Position numbers and translations under genes: made by a program. DNA of 64,000 nt, from assembly GCA_028023455.1 (NCBI GenBank), contig JAQFVV010000005.1, positions 5,766,001 to 5,830,000 of the forward strand. The letters run 5' to 3'. The notes under the pieces are model-generated. The model was not told the DNA's origin. It made no database searches and worked only from the letters and a program-made list of their open reading frames with translations. The stretch comes from Epiperipatus broadwayi. Its lineage: Eukaryota > Animalia > Onychophora. Positions 27,100 through 39,378 of this stretch are shown here, piece after piece (the stretch's first letter is position 1; each line of letters begins with the position of its first letter).

Positions 27100-29160
27100 A
27101 AATATAAAAATTCTTTGCAACCTTGACTAACCTTTGCAAAGAATCGTTTTTGTTTTATGGGTAACTACTCATTAAGCTTTACCTTTTCCTTTTGATGTAT
27201 GTATTTTAAACTTCTATTGATGAATATAGTTCAAACTGTAGGACTTTAACCTACAGTGGAATGAAATTGAACTCTAAAGTTTTTGTCAAGATGAAGTCTA
27301 TTACTCCTATACAATAATTTAGGCTAAATAACAATTATATATCAACAATTTCAATTACAGTAGTTATTTTACTACAATAAAATACTCTTTTAATTTATTA
27401 AGAGCAGCAAACCATATTGGAGTCAGGGTTAAACTTCAGCATCTAAGTCCATCTTTCTACTTAAAAAGCTACCGGAATATTTAAATTGGTTTATGTTCTC
27501 AAGTAGATAACCATATACTTTTTTTCTTTTACTGAATAATGAAATACTTGAATTTTTTTGAATATTAATTATTAAAACAAAGTCTTTACATGTTGCATTT
27601 AAAGCATTAAATACATTCTGTAGACAATGTTAATGTAATCATCAGACACCATAAATCCAGAAACAAAGAGGATAAAGTTCTTATTTTTCCTTTCAAATGA
27701 TCAATAAATTTATGTTCATTAAGCATTGACAAATGATTCCAAAGATTGCTACCATAAAATTAAAAATAGTGTTGAAGAAAGGGCACATCTTTGTCAAACA
27801 CCCACTTGCATTTCAAATGGCTCAGATTTTCCATTTGTAGTAGTAACACTTCTTGTCATATGATTTTAAACATTGACACAAGCTTAACTGATTAACTGAG
27901 TCAAATGCTTTGACCAAATCAATAAAAGTAATATATAGATCTTTTTTTGTTCCCATTATCTTGCATTTATCTGTCAACAAAAACCATGACTTTCTTGATT
28001 CTTTAAAACAACATTGAATCTTTGATAATATCCACCTATGACTGAAAGCAACATTCAATAACATCTTTTAAAGTATAATGAAATTCCACAACAATGGTTG
28101 CAATCTTGTCAATTCTCTTTACTTATAAAAATTTAAATAATAGAAGCATCTATAAGATTAGGTAGCACAATCTTATGAGCCTATACAAGGGGGAACCCCA
28201 AGATAATTGGAATTGTTCTCTGGTAAATGAATTTCTTGTAAGGATCTGTCAAATAATGTTACCATGTAAAATCATGGTTCCATGTAGCACATTTTTTTGT
28301 AAAGTGTGTTTAATATATTTGGTGACTTTTTGTAAGGGTGGAAAAGAAAGAATAATGTGAAAATTTGTTTTCTTTTAGGAAAATGGCAGGAAAACAGTTT
28401 TATTGCTTGAAATAGATTACAAGAAAGCTGTTCTGAGGAAAATACAAGTTTATAAATGATTAATAAAATTGACAAATTCACCATATTCCAAAATCTGTGG
28501 TGAGTAAAGTGCATAATGATATTTTTTTTATTGACACAAACATTTTTTCTCTCAAAATTAGTCATTAACAGTCCGACATTTTATCTATAAGTTCTGAACT
28601 GTTTGTGTGATGCTGGAAAATGTAAACATCCCATTTTGTGGCAAAGTTAGGAGTGCAAGCTTCACAATGACAGTTCCTCTGTGAGCAGTCTTGAGTATGA
28701 AACAATTTTAAATTAAATTCAACATGACCCAGTTTATCTATCAGTCATATTTGATTTCTTTTTATTCTCTCAAATAAAAAAATGACTCAAAAATTTTTTT
28801 TGCAGACTTAGAAGTGATGGAAAAAAAGTGATTCAGGCATTACAAAACATTACTTTGTAAGTGTTTTCAGACTACTTTGAAAAGCGAAAAATACATTTAG
28901 ACTGATGTATTAAATGGACTGTACTTTGAAGGAGATTACATTTATAGCACTTAAACATAAACAATTTTTTATTATAAAATTCTAGTTATTTTTGGTCCCA
29001 AAATTCAATATCATCACTTTATTTTAAAACTTCTCCAGGTTGCTCATTATGAACTGCAATCTTTTCATTTTTAAGATTACAAAAGCTGGATATTTTTGTC
29101 CAAATGTAAATGTCAATAGAGTTAACAATGAACTTAACCTAAATATCAAGCCCTGTTTTA
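27100..29160 (-). mobile_element. Decayed RTE-clade LINE, same family as 13960-17650, with a nested mariner fragment
   Basis: ITFIDLVKAFDSVNQ, GV*QRCALSSTLF, LENINQFKYSGS. Nucleotide matches to the first copy, e.g. gatatttttgtccaaatgtaaatg (29089) versus gatatctttgtccaaatctaaatg (16355). Confidence 0.7.
28600..28950 (+). mobile_element. Mariner transposase 3' relic
   Basis: Nucleotide similarity to the 54658-55557 element (aacatgacccagtttatc; ttagactgatgtattaaatggactgtactttgaaggaga, i.e. CI...G.YFEGD). Confidence 0.65.
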
Positions 29161-29229
29161 ACTCAATAATGTTAATTCCATAACTTATCTAATATATTTA
29201 AATGCACATTGATTATGTAAGTAATATTT

Positions 29230-29700
29230 ACTAAGGCTTTAACCTCAAGAATATGCATGTAAAATTCGATATTAGTATGGAGGGTAAGAAGAGTTTAAAT
29301 ATATATAGAAGTAAACAGAATATTGGATGTGAGTTAATTTATGATAATAGTAAGAAAAGTAGTTTATTGTTTAAGACTCAAACGGGATCTTTAGCAACAA
29401 GAGAATACACATGTAAATGGAAAACTATGGATGATTTAGTGTGCAAATTGTGTAAGGAAAGTATAGAAAATATTAGGCATCTGTTGATTGAATGTAAATG
29501 CTTGAAAGCAGAAAGGGTACAGATTTAAGTTATGGGAGAATAGACATGAACAAAGTGACTATACAGAAACTGAGTTATTAGTTTTTATGTTGGGTTTACA
29601 AAGAGATAAGGGGTATTTAGATATAAAGGCCATAGAGTTGATAAAGATTATGTTGTGTAAATGGGATGGGGCAGAATATGAGAAGACTTAAGAGTGGGGA
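29230..29700 (+). mobile_element. LINE ORF2 C-terminal fragment with CCHC zinc finger
   Basis: MEGKKSLNIYRSKQNIGCELIYDNSKKSSLLFKTQTGSLAT...VCKLCKESIENIRHLLIEC, the C-x2-C...H-x4-C tail typical of non-LTR elements. Confidence 0.7.
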
Positions 29701-30489
29701 ATGGAAAATAAAGTGGCTAACAGGTTTATCTGGGCATAATTGCTGAGATATTCTTGACTTCGTTTAAGGAGAAGCTAAATACATCACATCGCATATGCAA
29801 GAAATAAACAATTTTTGATATTACCTTGAAAGTGCCTATGAAACTGTTTCAAATTTTATTGAAAGTCCCCCAAACCAATACAATTAACAAATAAAAGATT
29901 GAAACAAATTTCAAATAAAAGTATGGGGGTAAAATAGATCAGTAAGTTAACATAAGAATGATAGCATAATACAGGGGAAAAAAACATTTAGAGTTTAGAA
30001 AATATTAAAATTGACATCAATTTTAAATGAATAAATGAAAGATTACAAATTTCAAATTTTACCAAAAATATGTTACCTAATCACTGCTGCTAAATTTTAG
30101 TTTCAAAAGGTTTTATTGAGCTATAAGTTTATAAAACAGTACTTAATACCATATATATAGGATGGACTAAAAAAAAAAAACTATGAGGTTTTAAACAAAG
30201 GAGATATGTGGTTTAGATTATATATTCTATATTTTTAACTCATACTAGATTATATATTCTATATTTTTAACTCATACTGGAGATGAGAAAAATTACAAAT
30301 TTATCTATGTATAACAGAAAAAAATACAATCTTGAAAGCAGCTTAGCATTTTCTGACTGCTTCATAGGATTTACATCTTTTCTGTATTATTGTCTTCTTT
30401 GCTTTCATTTATCTAGTTATCTCTTTATAATAGTGAGTCATGTCATAAATTTGAGCAAAGTCACATCCTTTATGTGTATAATAACCATT

Positions 30490-33400
30490 TTGTTCCTAAA
30501 TGTATTAGGGTGTGTCTTCTTGTATTTGAATTATACATAAATGTACATCTAGAACACCATAATGAGAATAGTGTAAATGTGTTGGCTCAAATGTGTACAT
30601 AAATACATTTTTTAAATATATTGAGAAGTGTATGTATGTTAAAAATTTTCTTTTTAAATATTTTGGGGATATCCCACTGGATATTATTAAACATTGGGCA
30701 CATGAATAGAAAATGTGGATTATGTTTTTGACTCTCTCTGGCATAGTTTGCATATGTTTTTAAAGTTAGTGCAATTCCTTTTATATCTGTAGAAATAAAG
30801 TGTGGGAAGTGTTTTAAGATTAAGTTTTAAGAGAAAATCATAGTACTTTAGTTCTAACAACCAGTATTTGAATTTTTTAGTCAACTGCTTATTGGTTCTG
30901 TTATAAAGGGTTTGCTATTATCATTGGATTGGGGAATCATGGATTGAATATTATCATCATCATCATCAGCACCAACCATTATCAATCCAATGAAGGATGG
31001 TCTTTCCAAGTTTAATTCATCTCCGATCTTTAGCTTCTCTTCTCCACAACACCGCTGCACATTTTCTTATTTCATCCATCCATCTCACATGTGGCCTCCT
31101 TCTGGGTCATTAAATCTCTTGGAATCCAATTTAAGATTTTAATTGTCCATCTATTATCATGTCTTCTAGAAATATGTCCAACCCAACTCCATTTCAGTCT
31201 TTTAATTTTTTCAATGAGGTTAGTAACACCTGTTTGTTCTCTTACCTATATATTGTGTTTTTGATCTCTTCTTGTTACTCCCAATACGCATCTCTCGATA
31301 CTTCTTTGAGTGGTCTAAAATCTCTTTATTTCTTTTCTATCAAGTGTCCAAGTTTTAGATCCATAAGTAAGAATTGATAAAATACATTTATTAAAAACCT
31401 TCCGTTTCAAAGATATTGACATATTTCCTTTTAGTATCAAATTATTTCTACCAAAAGCACTCCAATCAAGTTTAATTCTATGATTAATTTCATCCATTAT
31501 GTTTCCATCTGTATTAATAATCTGACCAAGGTATTTGTAGCTGTTAATTTATTCTAACTCACCGTAATCAATCTTTATTTTCATATTTTGAGAAAATCCA
31601 TTAAATATTACTTTAGTCTTTTTAACATGTATCTTTAGTCCTACTTTCATCTGAAAACTCCTGCAACATTTACTGCAACTCTAAAACATTATTTGCAAAA
31701 AGCAACTACATCATCTTAAATCTCCATTTACTTTCAATCCTTTAGCTTCTCATATTAATCCACAAAATACTTCTTTCAGCATGGCTATAAAAAGTTTTGG
31801 AGATATGGAGTCACCCTGTCTTAAACCCATCTCAATGTTGTCTTTATTAGTATCATTATGTAATCTAATTGTTGCTGTTGCATTTTTATAAATATTCTTT
31901 AAAATATGCCAATATCCTGGATCTATACCTTGATGATCTAATGCTTTAATCACTGAAGAAATGTTTATAGAATCAAATGCCTTTTCATAATTTACAAACC
32001 CAAAGCATAATGGCAACTCATATTCATTTGCCCTTTCTATAACTTCTCTCAATACCTGAATATGATCTACTGTACTAAAACCACTTTTAAATCCAGCTTG
32101 TTCTCTTGGTTGGTGGAAATCCAATGTCCGCTGTAGACGAGTTGGTAAAATTTTTGTATAAAACTGATAAAAGGCTAATATCTTCTTTATCACCTTTTTT
32201 AAATATTAATATTAATATTTCATTCTTGCAGTCATCTAAATATATATCCCAGTATTTAATTTTATTCTTGGGAGAGCAATATATTAAATTGGGAATGCAT
32301 AATAAAAGAGAAAGTAACTTATTACAGTAATTGCATGCAGCATGTCTATGTAATTTTAAAAACTATTTCTAGATATAAAAATATCTTTTCATGTAGTGAT
32401 ATAATTATGATCAAGTATTTTTTTGAATTTGGAATTTTTTTTATAGAATATAACCCAATCCATTTTGATTATAAAGAGTACAGAATCTTACTTAGGGATA
32501 TTGATGCCACCCTCACTCTCCAACAATTTTCCTACACATTGAGTAAATTTTAAATGCAAAAGCTTTTGTGTATATTATTATAGGGGTATAGTATGTGACC
32601 TATGTCATTATTAGTATATTGCAAAGGGCCACCTTGGCATAGAGTGATAAATATGATTTGAAAGACAATTAATTATATTCTCAACTTTATTCATTAGTTT
32701 TCCCTGTATCTGCAATTGTATTTCAGAGTTTCCCAAATGAAAAATAAGAAATCCCACAAACAAGCTAGGTTTTTATTTGAAGTATTATTCATGTTGGCAT
32801 CTAGAGTACATAGACCATGCACTGAACTTTTCTAAATTGAACTTCAGTTTATATTCACCTGAGTAATTATTTATAATTTTTATTAGTTTTGGTATCTGTT
32901 TTTTAGTTGGTAGAAAGATTATGTCATCCATGTATGCAATACATGAAATATTTGCCTTTATTCTAGGTATAAATATTCCAATCATCTCATTTTCAATTGC
33001 TTTAAGGAGAAAATCGATATAAAATGTGAATAAAAGAGCACTTTATGGTGAACCATGTAGCATAGAGTTAAATGAAATGAATGATGGGGAACTCTTCCCA
33101 CTAAGAGGTATCTGAATTTCTCAACTTAGAAAAAGATTCATAATCAAGTAGATTAATGCCCTGAGTATTGATGTATCTTCTAATGCATTAATTAAAATAT
33201 CAATTGGTATCATATCAAATACTGATTTGATGATCAGCTAAAACTGATCCAGATTTTTTTATTTCTGTTTTATATAAAAATACAGCCTGCTCATTTGATA
33301 AGCCTTTCTTTGCAAATGGAGTTTTTGACATCAATGGCAAAATATAAGGTACAATTCTATTTTTAATCACAGATTCCACAATCTTAATCCCAAGTGGGCT

Positions 33401-34770
33401 CATTGATATGGGCCTGAGGTTTTGGAATGTGGTTATATGTTTTTTCTTTTTAACAAATGAAATCAGTGAGATGAGATGAAGTCAATATATATTATAGATT
33501 CTCTTATTAGCTAAATTTGTCAGGTATTTTTCTATAAATTGATTTAAAAGTCTGTATACAAAACAAGGCATTCCATATATCCCTGGATGACATGAGTTTT
33601 GCACTGAAGCAAGTTTTTTCTTCAAACACTCTTAGTACAAAGTTATATTGTCTTCTGGTAAACCCAGAAAGTTTTATGAAGGGTTAAATTTTTTCTCTTT
33701 GCGCAAATTATTTTTGTAATATGAATAAAGTGACTCTAGCATGTTGTCACCAGCAATAATTCGCCCTTCTATTTTGACAGCTGGTCAGAACATGATTTAG
33801 TGTAGCTTGCCCCAGTGCCCAATGAATATATTGCCTAGACCACATATGGGTTTGATTCAGGTATCTTTATCACCAGGTATTATTTGAGTGAGTCACAAGC
33901 TGACCAATATGCTTTCCTCAGGACTATTACTTTTGTATAGTTCTCTGCCATGGTAATACTAAGTGTAATTCTTTTGTGCAATTCACCTGTAAGTGCTAAA
34001 ACCTGGGGGGGGGGGTTGGTTTCTTGTCATTATATCAACTGTATATAAAATTATGTTCACAAATGCAATCCATGTTTGAACAGGGTTCATTTTCAAGTCA
34101 CAAATTTTGAATAATGGTATGCATATTTCTGAGTTATTCTTTAGACTTCTTTGGGACTGGTTGTGATCATAGGGATGAGAAATCATTTTTAAAAAAGTCC
34201 ATCACAGCAGACTAATCTGAAAAAGATGAGTTTTTGAATGATATGCTAATCATATGATGCACTGCTGGTGAATAAAAAACAAGATCAATTAAAGACAAGT
34301 ATCTGTCATTGTTGAAGGAGATAGGATTCTGTGGAAAAAATCCTTCTACAGACATGAGAGGGAATGCCAGCAGATGTAATTAGTTTTTACAAATTTATTG
34401 TATGACATATTAAAGTCTCCTATTAGAATTATAGGATGTATCAAAGATGCAAATTCTAAGTTTAGTCTATTAATTATTATTTTACCTGGAGGAATGTTCA
34501 TGCATGATATGTTTAGTGTTATTCTTTTATGCTATAGTATAACAATTAGCATGCATGCATCAATATATATTATTTTAAATGATCTGAATGGACAGGTTCC
34601 TGTTCCAGTTGAAGGTGAGAATACTGCTCTGGAAAATCCTTGATTATTATAAAATTTTGATGGACCTGTTTATGGCTGAATAATAAGAAGACATTTTTTA
34701 AGTTGATGGGTTTTTTCTATAGAGTTTAATCTCTGGCATTGATAGATTCTATTTTTTTTTATTAACATTG
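30490..34770 (-). mobile_element. Old L1/Tx1-like ORF2 relic of the same lineage as 36544-42877, split by an RTE insertion (30953-32290)
   Basis: In order on the minus strand: INAR..NSIEK, PIILIGDFN, EGFFP, SLIDLVFYSP, WSRQYIHWALG, HPGIYGMP, LRPISMSP, HGSP*SALLF, IAYMDDI, YLSLYAKVALCNILIM; then beyond the RTE KFKYWLLELK...LNLKTLPT...ICKLC...IIHIFYSC and FTLFSLWCSRC. Each motif matches the intact copy. Confidence 0.85.
30953..32290 (-). mobile_element. 5'-truncated RTE-clade LINE (RT to 3' end) with (GAT)n tail
   Basis: IFKKGDKEDI, QPREQAGFKSGFSTVDHIQ, YEKAFDSI, GLRQGDSISPKLF, YKYLG, LTYGSKTWTL, KWSWVGH; ends in an (ATC)n run at 30953-30967. Confidence 0.9.
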
Positions 34771-35549
34771 TCTTATTTGCTATTAAATTTTGATAGACAT
34801 TTTCCAGAATTTTACAATATCTTGGATTTATATCTTGTTGGTCCAAAGCTTAATAACAATGAAAATGTTTTTAAAGCCATATGCTTAGCAACTCAAACTC
34901 ATTGTGTTTTTTGCTACAACTTCTTTTAATAAATATGTGGATGTAATCATTGCATTATATAATCAGTGTTTAAATTTATCTTATTTAAATTTATCTTGCT
35001 TTGAGTCCAAAGTTTTCTATAGATGAATTATAATAACTCCTGTGAATATCTTACATAGACCAGATAAAGCAATGATAAGATTGTTAACTTTCAGTATCTT
35101 CCTCTTTTTCAAATATCAATGTCATTACTGCAATGTTTGATAATCTGATACATAATTATCATTTAAACATTTGTAATATAATTTAGGCAACAATTTCCGC
35201 CATTCTTCACCTGGTTCTTTAAGATATCAGTCTATCATTTGTGAAAGTTTTATCATTCTGGATTAATTTGGTTGTACTTTTTCTCTCTCCATTTAAAGTA
35301 TTTGATATTTTAGAGGAAATTGTGGACTCTTTTTTTTTTTATGATCATGTTTTTTAAATGACAGCATTATATTTTTTTCTTATTGCTGAAATAACTTCCT
35401 TCCAATATCAAATATAAAACTTTTGAAACCTTTATTTTCCTAAAGGTTCATGATGATGGTGTTTTAGTTGTATTTATATGCTGAACTATTTCTATAATCT
35501 AATATGAGTATTGAAAATTTAAAATATTCCAAATCCATTCAACAGGTTA

Positions 35550-35740
35550 GTATATGCACAACATTTTGGCTGATATTATTCTCCCCTCTTCTTCAGGTGT
35601 TGCTGGCCTGATCAGTTGACAGTGATAGCATGGGAATTGAACCTGGACCTTTAAATTCTTGAGTATTGAATTTTTAAGGTAACGCTCTAACCAACTGAGC
35701 CATCCTGCCAGCAACACCTGAAGAAAAGAGGAGAATAATA
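35550..35740 (-). mobile_element. tRNA(Ile)-headed short element ending in a decayed hammerhead, with a 34-bp inverted copy of its tail at the 5' end
   Basis: Arms 35574-35607 and 35707-35740 are 32/34 identical inverted repeats. Between them: GGCAGGATGGCTCAGTTGGTTAGAGCG...AAGGTCCAGGTTCAATTCCC (A and B boxes). Tail: CAC CTGAAGA ... CAAAATGTTGTG. Confidence 0.7.
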
Positions 35741-36543
35741 CCTGTGTGATATTCCTAACAGTTGAAAGTATTTGAAATATTTAAATAAAGTTAAATTTTT
35801 TTAAAGACATTCAATACTCATATGAAACTTTTGTCTTCTAAAGCTATCACGGCTAATTTTTATTTATATTTCTTTATATCAGCATTAATTTCATTTATAT
35901 CATTTTGCAGAATGTTGCAGAATTCCAGATATTATTATATTTTTAAAAGCATTATTTAAAAATATTTTCATATTTTTTTATACGTTGCCATATCTTAAGC
36001 AAAAATTTATTGAAAAATTAATGTTTTTAATGCTGGCTATTCATATAGCTATCCTTGAAGAATATAAACAATATTTTTGTTGGAATTCATTTATCCTAAA
36101 TTATCGTCAAGATCTGTTAATATTTTAAAATAAATTTCAAGTACAAATTTAAAATCACTGGAATATTTGTAAAGATTAAAAATATCAACTGTTATTTACA
36201 GTTTTTGTTTTCTCAGCTTTGCATTAACATGTATTTTACATACATGTTACTAATCCATGATAACTCTCTGTGTTGAATCTATTTAGTGTATTTACAACCT
36301 TAAAATATATATTTCTATAAATCAAATATAATCTCACAATACTACATTTTCATTTGAATGCTTGCAAGTTAAGTAAATAAAATTTATAATATGAAAATTT
36401 CACAGGTCTATGTCTTCTTTCATTTCTCTTTTCAATCCAAATTCACAAATAGCAATTTCATCTCTTAATTATTTTTCTAATTCCATTATTAAGATATTCC
36501 ATGACAACGTTTTTTTGTTTTATCAACAACATTCTTTACTGTT

Positions 36544-36686
36544 GACTTCCGCTTTTGGCAGCCATCTTTGCAACTGGTCTTATTAAAAGCGTCCTTTAGC
36601 GATTCAGTTTCAAGAAGAGAGGGACAATTGTCCCCTTATCTTTACGTCTTTTATTCAAGGTAAGTCGGTTTTAAACATTATATATT
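36544..36686 (+). promoter_or_regulatory. 5' UTR / putative internal Pol II promoter of the L1/Tx1-like element
   Basis: Starts GACTTCCG (ETS-like), then GCCATCTT (YY1-like), a 14-bp palindrome GGGACAATTGTCCC (36621-36634) and a consensus splice donor AAG|GTAAGT (36657-36665). Confidence 0.5.
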
Positions 36687-39372
36687 ATGGAAAGTGATAA
36701 TATAATCGATAACTCTCAAATTAATGTTAACCCCGATCTCAGCATTCAATCTAGCAATGCAGCCATCGGTCGTAAATATTATAACCTTAGATCTAATCTA
36801 AATGCAACTAAATTAACTTCTACTACAAATAAAAACCCACAAACCAATAAATCAAATGAAAACACCATCGCAAATATCAACAAAAGTTTAGAAAATATTC
36901 AACTTACCCCTAATATAAACAATAGCATAAATATCTCATCAAGCGAAACTATTGAAATCCTTAACAATACAAGCAAAAACCAATCATCTCCTCTCCGAAG
37001 ACTTCACGCTCCCTCAGAAGACTCTAATGAGCAATTTTCTTTGCCCAATAATACCCCGAAAACCATATCTGAAAATAATAGACAAAATTTCCAACAAGAT
37101 GATTTGGGTGAATTTTTTAAAGTTAAAACTTTTCCACCAGAGGTCGACAAAACCAGCACTGTCACATTACAGTTTGTCAACAGTAAATTTAAAAATCAAA
37201 AAGAAGAAATAAATTTTAAAACTAATAAACCTCATTCCAAAACAAACAAAGGTTATAGCACAGAACAATCCATTGCTACATCAGCCAACTTGCAATCTAA
37301 ACCAATTTCCTCAATTCCAATATTGAAAAATTCCACTACGTACGCAAATATCGTAAGGTCTAAAAATTCTGAGAGCATCTCCGAAAATATTAAGGCTGAT
37401 AATTTCAATGAACTATATTTGAATATCTCAGAATTAGACACAGAACAAGAATCAAACACTCTGGAAAATGTCTCATTTAATATAAATGATCTTAATGATG
37501 ACATGTTCCTAAAAATAAATAACGAGTTCAACAAAACGATTCCCAACACTCTGTATAAATCATTTACAAACTACTACAGTCATAAGTCGTTAATCTTAGC
37601 CATAACAAATCAACATTGTGCGTTATATAAGTTCCTTCTAGAACAATTATACAGCCTAATCAATCAAAATCAATTAGGCAGAGGCATTCACATGATCATT
37701 AATCATCCCAATGACCGCTATGTTATTGTTGAGTTTAAAACGTGGGCGGACCGTATGAACTTTAAAAATAACTATCGATCTTTGGGAAATTATATAATTT
37801 GCTCCATAGATATGAACCGTCCAGTTACACTATCCGGCAGAATTCAAAACTGCTTTGCCCACTTGAAAGAACAAGAACTACAAGACATCCTTATTAATTA
37901 TGGTTCAGTTAGCAAATTTAAACACCTATTAAACCCTCACTTCGAAGATCAAATCCTGTCCAATACAGTTATCTTCACACTTACTTTAAAGAAAAACATT
38001 ATACCCACTGACATACCCACCATTATTACTGCAAGAGGCTCTCCTATGGTTTTGACCTTCAGGGGAGTACAGCCACAATGTTTCTTTTGCCTTCAAAGAA
38101 CACACCTTATTAAAGATTGTGCAGCAAGAATATGCATACACTGTGGTATTAAAAAGAATAAAGTTCACAGATGCCCTGGTAGACCTATTAATATGGCTAT
38201 CACATCCTTAAATAGACAATCACCACATGGGACTAATTCAAACAGCAACCTCACAAACCCAGACAATCTGATTCAAATAAATCCTCCAACAAACCCTCTC
38301 ACATCCAAACCTATCTTTCAAAATGAAAATCTTCAAGAAAGAACAAACACCAACCTCTACACTAATAGTAGTGAATCAGAGAACCAAGCAATAACATATA
38401 CTGCTACTAAACCAATCTCTCAAACCAATAATACTCAAGATCATTCATTAGATACATATTGTACTAATCCCCGAGAAACAATGCTAGGCCAAACTCTTTC
38501 TACAAAAGAAGACAATATGACCAAACCATCTAATGAGATCAAGGAAAACCCAGGCGATGAAGAAAATACACTTAAAAAATTTCAAAACAATTCATCTATA
38601 ACAACTCCCACCCAGCTTAAAACCAATGATGCATCATCATTCGGGCCAGCTAAGTCTAACAAACCTAAACAAAGTGATCCACAAACTGTCCTCAATTCTT
38701 CAACACCTGCAGTAATCAACCATCCAGATGAAAATACTTATCAAACACTCAACCCGAAAGTCAGCATAATTAATGTTTCACAACAGTTACAGCAAACCGA
38801 AAATGACTCGGGTCTAAAATTTAAACCAAATTCTTATAACAATAAAAAAACACTTTCATCAAAAGAATAGGAAAAAGAAAACAACCCTACTAAACTTAAA
38901 AACCCCCAAAAAACCAACACAACAAATACCCAAAATACAAATAAGAAAATTAAAAGAAAATCAATTCGCTCAGATAAATCAAGCTCTGATGATGACAGCT
39001 CCCATCCAATACATTATTCACCACCACCCGCTAGCAAACAAATCTCAGATATATCCAGCACAAAGCTTCACAAATCCATAGAAAAAAAGAGGAAAACCAT
39101 GGATCGTATAACCATTGATACCATTGATCCATCTGATGAATTTCAGACAGATTACACTACTTCATCAGACACCGAAGACTTCATGGATGCGTTTCCTCAA
39201 CCAACAAATATATCACCAATCCATCCACAAGTTCAATCAACCAACAAATATATCACCAATCCATCCACAAGTTCAATCACAAGACTCTGATTTCCAAACA
39301 ACATCAGAACTCATTAACATGGAGATGCCCCACATTGACTTGGTACACTTTGCTGAGGACGGTTTGGATTAA
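36687..39372 (+). pseudogene. ORF1 nucleic-acid chaperone (RRM-like + CCHC knuckle); reconstructs to 881 aa
   Basis: FRGVQPQCFFCLQRTHLIKDC knuckle, then CIHC..H.C. Premature TAG at 38868-38870 with the frame open beyond it. A 40-bp tandem duplication (39197-39276) shifts the frame; removing it leads to the TAA at 39370-39372. Confidence 0.9.
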
Positions 39373-39378
39373 TCTATC

